Shown here in pieces: positions 10,701 to 18,221 of a stretch of DNA of 64,000 bases. Position 1 is the stretch's first letter. The number at the start of each line of letters is the position of its first letter. Source of the DNA: Candidatus Undinarchaeota archaeon. Lineage in GTDB: Archaea > SpSt-1190 > JASMDC01. The position numbers were made by a program, and so were the translations under genes. The notes under the pieces are model-generated. The model searched no databases and had not been told where the DNA came from. It was given only the letters and a program-made list of their open reading frames with translations. Where the stretch lies: positions 64,001 through 128,000 of the forward strand of contig CAZFHY010000001.1 in assembly GCA_964519305.1 (NCBI GenBank), read 5' to 3'.

Positions 10701-11355
10701 TCAGGCCAGAAAGCTCATCGAGGAGCTTAAAGAGAAGGCTCCCGACCTCGACACATCCACCATCGAGACACTCCTCACCGAAGCGCAACAGAAGCTCGAC
10801 GCCAACGACTTCTCCGCCGCTTACAAGGTGGCCCTTGACGCTGTGAAGCAAGCAGAGGACGAGAAGAAGAACGTGAAGTACGACATCGGCCAGGAATGTG
10901 CAGCGGACGAGGAGTGCAAGACCGGTAATTGCGGCAACGGGGTGTGCTGCATGGCGGGGAAGGTGTGCTGCACAAAACCCGGTCAGTGCGACGTGGGTGA
11001 GAATTGTGACATAGAACGTAAATACTGCGTTCCCGAGGAAAAGGAGGAGCGCCCGCTCACGGCCCGTGACCGCGTTCTGGACATCCTATCAAGTCCCGAG
11101 CAACTACTAACCATCGTCGCCGCTGTCGTGGGCGGTGTCGGCTTCGGCCTCTACCAGATCATATCTAACATCCAGGACAGGAAGGAGAAGAAGAAGCTGG
11201 AGGCCATGCAACAGCAGTGGCAGGCACAGCAGCAGCAACAGTTCTACGGGGGCCCTGGTGGACAGTGGCAGACACCGGGCGGTTACCAGCAGCAGTACCA
11301 GCAATGGGGACAACAGCCAGGTGGCCAGCAGTGGGGCCGACCGCCCGGGCAGTGA
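4765..11355 (+). CDS. Giant single-pass surface protein: FG-GAP/VCBS repeats, 3 LamG-like domains, FGE-sulfatase/C-lectin-like domain, Cys-rich repeats, TM helix and Gln/Gly-rich tail
   Basis: Signal-like N-terminus; DxDGDGDxD repeats; LamG motifs (TVEAWIK, WHHVAGTFDG, IDEVRIWD); FGE motifs (CIDQYEA, KRLCTDAEW, DMVGNVMEW, IGFRCC); many D/NxxN/HCGACGxxC repeats; TM LLTIVAAVVGGVGFGLYQII. Start could be ATG 4834. Confidence 0.9.
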   Translation: MAVEGIDIANPVLPIRRYRFLSLMAILFALLLTLSVAESCSDGGYCPQQELTFTRQDIGTIGGAISTVSADINGDGNLDVVACGFDGQRLAWYERTGATWEEHAVATLVGVHSVDVGDMDGDGDVDVVAGSYTGGAITWYANSGTGSGWTRHDVDSGLGSLNYVGTTDLDGDGHIDVVSSSSDTDTIAWWTNSGDGTAWTKHVVTTECERAVARNAADVDRDGDLDIAVYCADSDDVAWFENANGAGTLWTIHVIDPSLDNPTDMDLADVDGDGDLDAVAVAKTPGDVAWYEQGTPFGTALEFDGADDEVVVPDSAALDISNAITVEAWIKADAWGVDHGIGTIVDKHDWISGAAGYVLRAGDGGKLSLNLGASSQWKEVISPAVMETGRWHHVAGTFDGSTIKVFVDGVEQESKDVPAFTIRANSAKLTIGRATWEPIRDRLFDGSIDEVRIWDTALDQAEIQGWMHRPVDDSHSSYANLAAYYRFDDSSGTTAADSKGDNDGTLTNMDEEDFVTSTVPGWTRHLIDGDFTSAFEVHAADLDGDGDTDVLAGSQGSEVAWWEQTLPFGTALEFDGTDDYVNAGTGINIANSDFTVEFWLKRSAAGHDDIFVAQGPELMNQGLHIGFRDTNTFTCAFWQNDLNTAAIYTDTNWHHWACSYDVSTNARKIYRDGVEVASDTAPADFQGSGALYLGRAINLARSAGSLDEVRIWDTALTQEEINAWMHKEVDDTHSDYASLVSYYLFDDGSGTTAADSKGDNDGTLTNMDEEDWVTSTAPGWSKHPLDTGFTWSYTLQDADLNGDGLNDILAAGRTSDKVSYWEADVSVSGKGLPEGMLPPVNITTAPCPDGMARISAYWGSYCIDQYEAHDAGGRRALALAGGNDAVVDSDVTEWPTTAITFEFWMRSTDTVHRCITSYAVESEGNHFSIWGPEAVEFTVRDPGTNNARKVQTSVALNDGEWHHVAVTWDSVSGAVALYKDGSLAHSQGDIAKDLVLSADGCLVLGQDQDGGCGGYAANQAYIGDLDDVRIWSKALDGNTIRTWMSRDIDSTHTAFGSLVTHYAFDEGEGTAVGDSTGNNDAILQDMDTATAWVDLTTGDHKAGSAPGKTPWVDISWTDSKAACTAAGKRLCTDAEWMAACNLQGQKYYLHGEGTGETYGCYTLCDGCDNDDPSFNDLTGSHPWCRSDTGVYDMVGNVMEWTDATTPTATWSSTNSWIKLLLDPPEKAWGGDFVQGGDSQAGNPFVRGGPRMKTAGNAIMPGCFYLNTKKTPTTQDARIGFRCCMGDAESPGVPATLEEALVDRNQKYLDTFNEGLDLVRQGHGPLAISKFEECLAMAPGNIFMSTNIAVLQAAQGPTCTAPHALCPGDLQCTDLSTNVNHCGACGNVCQLANAVPKCAPPGACEVQDCNPGYGNCDLNHANGCEAKLDTDQNCMNCGVACTSGKVCVAGGCGCPDGKTDCLTACADVQSDPAHCGLCGNACDVGQVCAQGQCSSECLGATTECGGACVDTSIDGDNCGACGIKCSAVMGSAKCTSGLCAIVSCTEGYGDCDTDYSNGCEAPLSTDNNCGACSTMCTGGKSCKSGSCQCLTGATDCDGTCVNIQTNGKHCGKCGNACPASQVCANGECSTECPEGTTACGSACVNLLTDVGNCGACETACPEGRTCLAGNCTCPGSNIECGGACVDILIDANNCGACSKSCTASNAKMGCTSGKCTLASCTEGYGDCDLNVTNGCEAALSTKDNCGACGATCTGGMGCVEGACACTEGRTACDGTCVDVQSNPAHCGACGTACPEGQVCAAGACSSECPAGTTECAGACVDVATDVENCGACGAACSVAQGTAGCAENVCVVATCDGGFGDCDGAYGTGCEMELSINAKHCGACWNACKDGDVCDGGGCKRTTNRANGEPCELPNDCASTNCVNKVCCVAGKSCCTSDADCLENEACDTARFYCIKMAATPPPDALAGEELREEAAEQLDQARKLIEELKEKAPDLDTSTIETLLTEAQQKLDANDFSAAYKVALDAVKQAEDEKKNVKYDIGQECAADEECKTGNCGNGVCCMAGKVCCTKPGQCDVGENCDIERKYCVPEEKEERPLTARDRVLDILSSPEQLLTIVAAVVGGVGFGLYQIISNIQDRKEKKKLEAMQQQWQAQQQQQFYGGPGGQWQTPGGYQQQYQQWGQQPGGQQWGRPPGQ
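5649..7105 (+). repeat. Paired direct repeats bordering two LamG cassettes: 5649-5679 = 6462-6492 (31 nt identical) and about 6223-6331 similar to 6997-7105 (about 110 nt, few mismatches)
   Basis: GCCCTTCGGGACGGCGCTGGAGTTCGACGGG occurs twice. GCTCGGGCACCACGGCCGCCGACTCCAAGGGCGACAACGACGG...CCCGGCTGGA occurs twice. Confidence 0.85.
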
Positions 11356-11359
11356 GCGC

Positions 11360-11857
11360 TCATTCAGGTCCGAGCTTCCTTACCATATAGGCCGCAGGTC
11401 TGCCGCCGTACACGATATCTTTCTCCTTTAGGAATCCCATGCGCTCCCAGAACGGCTCGGCGTCCTGGACGGCGACGAGCGCCAGGCGATCCAGTCCTCG
11501 TGCACGGGCGGCGGCCACCGCTTCTGTGAGCAGGATGCGTCCTATCCCCTTCCCGCGGAACGCCGGGTCCACTGCCAGGTCGTGGACGTACACGCACTCG
11601 GGATCGGGCATCGGCATGTCCTGCAGGAAGTCGATGGGCGCCACCCACCCGGACCGGGCAGGGTGGAACACTATGTAGCCTGTGACCCTGCCTTCTGCAT
11701 CGTGCACGAAGCAACCATCAGGATGCATGACCAGCTTGTGGACAAAGGCCTCGGCGCTCTCCAGGTAGCATGATGCGTAGCACTGGAACTGGATGGCCAT
11801 GATCCGGGATATATCGGCGCGGGTCATGGATCGGACAATGCCGTTCTTCAGGTCCAC
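11360..11857 (-). CDS. GNAT family N-acetyltransferase
   Basis: Acetyl-CoA-binding motif YVHDLAVDPAFRGKGIGRILL and FWERMGF. Start placed at GTG 11857 (alternative ATG 11827) from TATA spacing. Confidence 0.85.
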   Translation of the reverse strand: MDLKNGIVRSMTRADISRIMAIQFQCYASCYLESAEAFVHKLVMHPDGCFVHDAEGRVTGYIVFHPARSGWVAPIDFLQDMPMPDPECVYVHDLAVDPAFRGKGIGRILLTEAVAAARARGLDRLALVAVQDAEPFWERMGFLKEKDIVYGGRPAAYMVRKLGPE

Positions 11858-11879
11858 GAACCACTTCTCTACCGCCAAC

Positions 11880-11887
11880 TTTTAAAG
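11880..11887. promoter_or_regulatory. Bidirectional TATA-like box TTTTAAAG between the GNAT and U32 genes
   Basis: About 23 nt from GTG 11857 (-) and from GTG 11910 (+). Confidence 0.5.
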
Positions 11888-11909
11888 GCTAGCGGGCCCT
11901 CCGCTGCCC

Positions 11910-14033
11910 GTGGCGACCGTCGAGCTCCTGGCACCGGCCTCCGACCTGGACACGGTCGGTCTTGCCGTGGACGCCGGAGCGGACGCTGTCTACGTGGGCA
12001 CCGAAAGGTTCAACGCACGCCAGCGAGCATCGCGGTTGGATCTGCCTGGCCTGCGTCGCGCCATCGCCCTCTGCCATGACTCCGATGTGCGCGTCCACGT
12101 GCCCGTGAACACCTTGATCCGTGACACCGAGCTCGGGAAGGCCATGGAGCTGTGCGGCGAGCTGTATGCTGCAGGGGCTGATGCCCTCATCCTCCAGGAC
12201 CTGGGACTGGCGTCACTTGCGCGCGAGATCGTCTCGGAAGGATGCGAGCTGCACGCATCCACCCAGTGCAACATCCAGTCAACGGCCACTGCCTGTGAGC
12301 TGGCCGGTCGCGGGTTCACCCGCGCCATCCTTGCCCGGGAGCTGCCACTGGAGGATGTACGGACAATTATCCGTGATGCTGCTCCCTTGGGCATCGAGCT
12401 TTTCGCCCACGGAGCCCTGTGCTTCTCCTACTCGGGGCTCTGCCAGACGTCCGGATTCATCGGGAAGCGTTCGGGAAACCGCGGTCTGTGCGCCCAGCCG
12501 TGCCGGTTCGATTATCAGGTCGTGGGGGCCGGGAGGTCCAGGGGACCCATGCCGTTGTCCATGCGTGAGCTGAGGACCACCGACCGATTGGGAGAGATCC
12601 TCGCCGCTGGCCCCCGTGCCCTTAAGATCGAGGGGCGGAGCAGGAGCGGGGCTTACATCCACACGGCCACCCGCTTGTACCGTCAGCTCATCGACCGGTT
12701 CAACGAGACCGGGATCGCACGCCCGACAAAGGACGAACTGCGGGAGCTTTCGGTGGTGTTCACCAGAGGATTCACCAAGGGCCGTCTCCTCGGTGACGGG
12801 AACCGCAAGTTATTGGCCCCCGACCGCGGCATCAGCTGCGGGCTCCCTGTTGGACATGTCGTGTCAGTGGACGGGCGGGCGAGGACGGCCACGGTCCGCT
12901 TCACACAAGAAGTGCACGTGGGCGATACGCTCTCCGTGCACGAGCCAAGAGGCCGCCTCCTCGTTCGCCACACCATTGTCCGGAAGGCCCGGGCGGGGGA
13001 CGCTCAGCGGATCCCGTTAAAAGGTCGTCCGCAAGGCCTCATGGGGAAGGAGGTGTTCGTATCATCGACCCCGAGCATCGACAAGGCCCTCGAGGTCGCT
13101 ATGAAGCGTGGAAGGGCGGACCTTTCTTGCGAACCGTCACTGGAGCGGGAGGGGCGACCGCTACCGCGTATTAAGCTCCCTGCAAAGAAACGTGTTGCTG
13201 GAAAGGATGGGCCCCCCCTGCTACGTGCCCATCTCCCCTGGGGAACATCACCCAAGGACCATCTGGCAGCGGGTGTCGACCAGGTCATAGTCCAGGTCCC
13301 GCCACGGGCCGACGATATGCCTGACGCCTGGCTCTCGGACCGTGTCATCCTGTGGTTCCCACCCTATCTGGGCGATGCACATCGTCTTCTTGTGGAGGGG
13401 GCCGTTGACGTATATCGCAACGTCGTGAACGGTTTCATGGCAGGCGATCGGGGCACCCTTTCCCTGCTCTCTAAGCTCCTTGCGGACGAGCCCGGGAAAG
13501 TGCTAGGTGACCACTGGCTCAATGTATTCAATGCTCACGCGCTCAAGAGCGTTACCCGGTATTCACCAAGGATCTGTCTCTCCCAGGAGCTCACCCTAAA
13601 CCAGGTAGGGTTCATCACCTCCCGCAGTCCCCCGAATGTCACGGAGCTCGAGGTCGTGGCGGGAGGCAACCAGCAGGTGATGGTCACGGCCAACTGCGTG
13701 CGGGACGGGGTCGTGGGGGATTGTATACATGACCAGGGTCATTGCCACAGGACCTACGAACTGGAGGACCGCACGGGTCACAGGTTCCCTGCACGCACGG
13801 ACCCGTACTGTCGCACCCATATCTTCAACGCCAATCCCTTAGTAGCTCATGACCGCATCGACGCGTTCAGTGACGCAGGCGTCGATGTCCTTCGGCTCGA
13901 CCTGCGCGGTATGTGGCGAAAGGACGGTATCAATCTCCTAACAGCGTACCGTAAGGTGCTGGATGGCGGACATGTGCCTCCGCCGAGGCCCAACACCTTC
14001 ACGCGAGGCCACCTGTTCAAACCGGTGCAGTAG
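11910..14033 (+). CDS. Peptidase U32 family Fe-S protein with DUF3656-like C-terminus (RlhA/TrhP-like RNA hydroxylase family)
   Basis: ELLAPA, GADAVYVG, LHASTQ, LAREL, HGALCFSYSGLC...SGNRGLCAQPCR, LKIEGR; C-terminal FTRGHLFK. Confidence 0.88.
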   Translation: MATVELLAPASDLDTVGLAVDAGADAVYVGTERFNARQRASRLDLPGLRRAIALCHDSDVRVHVPVNTLIRDTELGKAMELCGELYAAGADALILQDLGLASLAREIVSEGCELHASTQCNIQSTATACELAGRGFTRAILARELPLEDVRTIIRDAAPLGIELFAHGALCFSYSGLCQTSGFIGKRSGNRGLCAQPCRFDYQVVGAGRSRGPMPLSMRELRTTDRLGEILAAGPRALKIEGRSRSGAYIHTATRLYRQLIDRFNETGIARPTKDELRELSVVFTRGFTKGRLLGDGNRKLLAPDRGISCGLPVGHVVSVDGRARTATVRFTQEVHVGDTLSVHEPRGRLLVRHTIVRKARAGDAQRIPLKGRPQGLMGKEVFVSSTPSIDKALEVAMKRGRADLSCEPSLEREGRPLPRIKLPAKKRVAGKDGPPLLRAHLPWGTSPKDHLAAGVDQVIVQVPPRADDMPDAWLSDRVILWFPPYLGDAHRLLVEGAVDVYRNVVNGFMAGDRGTLSLLSKLLADEPGKVLGDHWLNVFNAHALKSVTRYSPRICLSQELTLNQVGFITSRSPPNVTELEVVAGGNQQVMVTANCVRDGVVGDCIHDQGHCHRTYELEDRTGHRFPARTDPYCRTHIFNANPLVAHDRIDAFSDAGVDVLRLDLRGMWRKDGINLLTAYRKVLDGGHVPPPRPNTFTRGHLFKPVQ

Positions 14034-14070
14034 GACCTGCCGTGCCTTTAAATAGGGTGATGGGGATAGA

Positions 14071-14385
14071 ATGCCCATGGAGCAACCCGCCGTCTTCCAC
14101 AAGCACTACGGTTCAGGTTATGGCCTGAACTGGGAAGAGCTGGAAGAGGTGGTGCTGGATGCCCGCACCATGCAGCTGAAGCGACTGCGGTTCACGAACG
14201 GTGTGGAATGGGGTGGAGGCGCGTTCCGCGAAGGTGACACCTACGAGATGGGGAAGGCCTTGGGCGAGCTCACCCATTCGGCGGCCGATATGATGGTGCT
14301 CGCACGCATCCTCGCCCAGCGTCTCGACGCGATCGAGGACTTTCTTGCCCTCTGGGGAATCGACGGTGAACCAAAAGAGATTTAA
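14071..14385 (+). CDS. Hypothetical protein
   Basis: 104-aa ORF preceded by TTTAAATA at about 14047. Confidence 0.6.
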   Translation: MPMEQPAVFHKHYGSGYGLNWEELEEVVLDARTMQLKRLRFTNGVEWGGGAFREGDTYEMGKALGELTHSAADMMVLARILAQRLDAIEDFLALWGIDGEPKEI

Positions 14386-14440
14386 GGCACGAGTACCTTG
14401 GAATTATGGGAAATAAGCTACCCGATAGGGGAGTGGGACC

Positions 14441-14599
14441 ATGGACGATGAACCAGTCGATTCAGGGCTGAGTAGCGAAGACGACGAGGCGAACATCACC
14501 ACGTTCCAGCTCGAGGACATGGTTTGGGATATGGAAAAGGAACGGTTGGAAAAAGCCAAACAGGCCGCACCTGCCGAAGAAGACGACGATTTGTTCTGA
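14441..14599 (+). CDS. Small acidic protein, 52 aa (below the ORF-track cutoff)
   Basis: MDDEPVDSGLSSEDDEANITTFQLEDMVWDMEKERLEKAKQAAPAEEDDDLF, with purine-rich GGGGAGTGGG just upstream of the ATG. It fills an otherwise empty gap. Confidence 0.6.
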   Translation: MDDEPVDSGLSSEDDEANITTFQLEDMVWDMEKERLEKAKQAAPAEEDDDLF

Positions 14600-14663
14600 T
14601 ATCGAGCAACCTTCTGCGAGATCCATCGGAAGGGAAGGCGACACTCAGAGTCAATCCTAGGTT

Positions 14664-15671
14664 TCAGCGGGCGAACAGAGCGTCGAGCTTCATGAGAAGA
14701 ACCTCTACATCGTTCTCCTCCAAGTGAGGCTCCTTGCAGATGCTGAGTATCTCCTTCACGAACACCGATACGTCCACGGTTTCTCCTTGCATGGCCCTAT
14801 GAAAGGCGGTGTTCATCTCCCGCTCGATGAGCACAGCTGTCTCGTGATGTGAAGCGACCAGAGAGAATAACAGCGTCTTGCGCGCTTCCACGTAGAACGT
14901 CCGCACGCGCTCGGCCTTCCCCCCCACGAAGTACCCATCGTGGCGGGCCAGGATGGATATGTCCCGCCCTTCGATATGTCCGAACTCGCCGAACAGGACC
15001 CAGACAACCAGGAGGAAGAGCTTGCGCAGTACGCCCTCTCCGGCCATCCACTTCTCGGTGGTCTCGCACACCAGCACCTCTTCCCGGTACCGGCGCATGA
15101 TGGACGCGATCTCGTCCGTGGCGGCAGGAAGATCGTCCACGTCGCCGGGGATCTCCTCGTACCCGAAAGCGACCTCCTTCCCCTCGAACTCGCGCATGGA
15201 GTGTGTGAGGGCCGCCAGCACCAGGAAGAGCTTGGCGACGAACCAGATGAGCACGGCACCCATCCCCCGCAGGATGTAAAGGGGGAGACGGACGAGCACG
15301 AAGGGCACCCCTGCATCCTTTGCGGTGAGCACCACGCACCGGAGCGCTCCCGCGGTGTTATGGGGGACGAACAGTTTCTTCTCCCCGGCATAGGCCACAG
15401 CGGACTTCACCGTCCCCAGAAGGAGAGGAATGAACAGGAGGATGGCCTGCTTGACGATGATGTCAGCGGCGATGATGGGGCGAAGGATGCGGGCCCCGGG
15501 GATCATGATGATGAGCCCCTGCATCACGGCCTCGGCGGACACCCAGTAAGTGACGGTGAACAGGAGGATCCACAGTACGGCAAGCGTGAAGTTGAGCCTG
15601 CTCACCGGCGACGAACGGATCTCGCGCTCCAGCGCCTGAGCGTAGAGCCGGACGAGTGTGTGGAGCTCCAT
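14664..15671 (-). CDS. Hypothetical multi-pass membrane protein
   Basis: Several hydrophobic segments; starts 7 nt after the pyrG stop. Confidence 0.65.
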   Translation of the reverse strand: MELHTLVRLYAQALEREIRSSPVSRLNFTLAVLWILLFTVTYWVSAEAVMQGLIIMIPGARILRPIIAADIIVKQAILLFIPLLLGTVKSAVAYAGEKKLFVPHNTAGALRCVVLTAKDAGVPFVLVRLPLYILRGMGAVLIWFVAKLFLVLAALTHSMREFEGKEVAFGYEEIPGDVDDLPAATDEIASIMRRYREEVLVCETTEKWMAGEGVLRKLFLLVVWVLFGEFGHIEGRDISILARHDGYFVGGKAERVRTFYVEARKTLLFSLVASHHETAVLIEREMNTAFHRAMQGETVDVSVFVKEILSICKEPHLEENDVEVLLMKLDALFAR

Positions 15672-15678
15672 GTACTCC

Positions 15679-17322
15679 TTATTCCTTGACTTTCTTTCCT
15701 TTTAAGCGTGTGCGGGCCCGTTCGGCCGCGGCCTTCAGGAAACCAAGGAATAGGGGTGCGGGGCGCTCTAACCTGGACTTGAACTCGGGGTGCGCCTGGG
15801 TCGCCACGAAGAAGGGGTGGCCAGGTAGTTCCAGGAACTCCATGAGCTTGCCGTCCGGTGAACGTCCGGAGAAGACCAGACCCGCCTTCTCGAGCTGCTC
15901 CACGTACGCGGAATTCACCTCGTACCGGTGCCTGTGCCTCTCGTCAACTATCTCGGCGCCTCCGTAGAGGGTCCGCACCTGAGTACCGGGCGCTAGCGTC
16001 GCCGGGTAGCTTCCCAGCCGCATGGTGCCACCCATCTCCTGTAGGTCACGCTGGTCCGGTAGCAGGTCGATCACTGGGTGCTTCGTATCCGCGTCGTTCT
16101 CGGTAGAGTTGGCATGCTCCAGACCGCACACACTGCGCGCGTACTCGGCCACCGCCAGCTGGAAACCGAAGCACAGGCCGAGGAACGGTATGCCGTTCTC
16201 CCGGGCGTGGCCGATGGCAGCGATCTTGCCCTCGGTCCCCCGGGACCCGAACCCACCAGGAACGATTACACCATCCACACCTTCCAGTGCCGCACCGTCG
16301 GCCATATCGGTGGTCTCGAGCCAGGCCAGGTCCAGATCGACGCCCAGGTGAGCAGCAGCATGTGTCATCGACTCGTAGATTGAGAGATAGGAATCGCGCA
16401 GGCTGGTGTACTTCCCGGTCACGGCGACCTTGACCGTGAGCTTCTCCGGCGACTTGATCGTCTTCACGTACTTCTTCCAGGGACCGTACACTGGATTGGG
16501 CGAGAACGCCCCCAGCCGGGCGCACAGGGAGTTGGGAAGCCCCTCTTCCTCGAACACGAACGGGAGCTCGTATATGGTGCCCACGTCAGGGTCCGATATC
16601 ACTGCATCTTCGGGGACGTTACAGAATAGGGCCACCTTCTTCTTAACGGCCGGGTCCAGTGGCCTCCGCGAGCGACAGATGATGGCATCGGGCTGTATCC
16701 CTGCGCCCATTAGCGTGTGGACGCTATGCTGGACCGGTTTTGTCTTCTGCTCGCCCACTACCGACAGCTCCGGGGTCAGTGCTAATAGCACGAAGGCGAC
16801 GTTCTCCCGCCCTTTTTCACGCTGGAGCTGGCGCACGGCCTCCAGGAACGGCATGCTCTCGATATCGCCCACGGTACCTCCCACCTCGATCAGGGTGATA
16901 TCGGCGTCGTCCCGTTCCGCGATCTTCGAGATGCGCTCCTTGATCATGTCCGTGATATGTGGTATGATCTGGACGGTCTTTCCCAGGTAGTCGCCCCGCC
17001 GCTCTTTTGCTATGACCTCCCGGTAGACCTTTCCGGTTGTTATGTTGTGTTCGCGTGTTAGTGTGATGTCCAGAAAGCGCTCGTAGTTGCCAAGGTCCTG
17101 GTCGACCTCGCTCCCGTCATCGAGCACGAACACCTCACCATGCTCGTAGGGCGAGAAGAGCCCTGCATCGATGTTGATGTACGGATCGATCTTCAGTGCA
17201 GTGACACGGTACTGACGTGCTGCGAACGTCCGGGCAAGCGATGAGGTGACCCCTCCCTTGCCTAGACCGCTCATCACTCCACCAAGAACTACGATGAACT
17301 TACGAACACGCGGAGGTGGCAT
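15679..17322 (-). CDS. pyrG: CTP synthase
   Basis: GGVMSGLGKG, KIDPYIN, HGEVFV, GGTVGDIES, KTKPVQHSV, PGGFG, GLCFGFQ, RHRHRYE, HPEF. Start trimmed to ATG 17322 (MPPPRVRKFIVV). Confidence 0.97.
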   Translation of the reverse strand: MPPPRVRKFIVVLGGVMSGLGKGGVTSSLARTFAARQYRVTALKIDPYINIDAGLFSPYEHGEVFVLDDGSEVDQDLGNYERFLDITLTREHNITTGKVYREVIAKERRGDYLGKTVQIIPHITDMIKERISKIAERDDADITLIEVGGTVGDIESMPFLEAVRQLQREKGRENVAFVLLALTPELSVVGEQKTKPVQHSVHTLMGAGIQPDAIICRSRRPLDPAVKKKVALFCNVPEDAVISDPDVGTIYELPFVFEEEGLPNSLCARLGAFSPNPVYGPWKKYVKTIKSPEKLTVKVAVTGKYTSLRDSYLSIYESMTHAAAHLGVDLDLAWLETTDMADGAALEGVDGVIVPGGFGSRGTEGKIAAIGHARENGIPFLGLCFGFQLAVAEYARSVCGLEHANSTENDADTKHPVIDLLPDQRDLQEMGGTMRLGSYPATLAPGTQVRTLYGGAEIVDERHRHRYEVNSAYVEQLEKAGLVFSGRSPDGKLMEFLELPGHPFFVATQAHPEFKSRLERPAPLFLGFLKAAAERARTRLKGKKVKE

Positions 17323-17484
17323 ATGCGACACGATGGTGACAGGCTTAAATTTGTTGGCTTCACGGGCGAAAACATCGTAAGATGCTGCATCATGTGACGT
17401 CACCACATAGTGATGAATTAATGATTTTAAGGAATGTTTAAAAAGGCGCTCTCTTGCATACTTCGGCTGAAAGGGGTACAGGGC

Positions 17485-18150
17485 GTGAAGATTTTCGCCT
17501 TAGCAGACATCCACGGGGAGCTTGACAGGCTTGACCTGGTGTGCGAACGAGCTAAGCGTGAGAAACCCGACATGATACTCGTGGCGGGTGATCTGACGCG
17601 GTTCGGTCCACGAGAGGACGCTGAGACAGTCATTAATCGTCTCGCGGCCACTAACGCCAAGGTCCTGGCCATTCCAGGCAACGGGGATACGGAGGATGTA
17701 ACCGGCTTCCTTGACGAGGCAGGTATTAACCTCGACAAGCAGAGCCACCGCCACGGTGATGTGGGCCTTGTGGGCATGGGGATGCCCACCTCTATGGTAC
17801 TAGGCGGCATGCTGCTCACGCAGTACGCTACCCTGGACGATGCCATGGACGAAGTGATGGACTGTGATACGACCATCTTCGTGTCGCATATGCCACCCGC
17901 TGGCACCAAGACGGACATGATCTTCACGGAGGAGCACGTCGGCTCTAACTTCGTGAAGTCGTTCGCCGAGGAGAAGCAGCCCGAACTGCTCATCTGCGGG
18001 CACATCCACGAAAGCCGTGCCATCGACCACATCGGGAACACCCTCGTGGTGAACCCGGGAGCCGTGGCCGACGGGTACATCGCCGAGATCGACCTGGACG
18101 GCGAGGACGGGATAGACGTCAAGCTTCATCGTTTGGACGAAAAGGGGTAA
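17485..18150 (+). CDS. Metallophosphoesterase (Icc/MJ0936-like)
   Basis: ADIHG, AGDL, PGNGD, SHMPP, CGHIHE, NPG. Start GTG 17485. Confidence 0.9.
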   Translation: MKIFALADIHGELDRLDLVCERAKREKPDMILVAGDLTRFGPREDAETVINRLAATNAKVLAIPGNGDTEDVTGFLDEAGINLDKQSHRHGDVGLVGMGMPTSMVLGGMLLTQYATLDDAMDEVMDCDTTIFVSHMPPAGTKTDMIFTEEHVGSNFVKSFAEEKQPELLICGHIHESRAIDHIGNTLVVNPGAVADGYIAEIDLDGEDGIDVKLHRLDEKG

Positions 18151-18163
18151 AGGGATCCGGGGT

Positions 18164-18221
18164 ACGTCCCATCGAGGGCGCCAGTCCGTAAGCTGGAAAG
18201 CTGGCGCTCCTATTGGGATGT
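18164..18221 (+). terminator. Long imperfect hairpin filling the gap between convergent genes (terminator-like or small structured RNA)
   Basis: ACGTCCCA pairs with TGGGATGT and GGGCGCCAG pairs with CTGGCGCTC. The G-U pairs favour the + strand. Confidence 0.4.

Noticed and set aside
18164-18221. Archaeal SECIS element or SRP RNA fragment
   Set aside because: It lacks the GAA/A internal loop in the right orientation, no flanking gene shows an in-frame TGA candidate, and it is too short and imperfect for SRP RNA.
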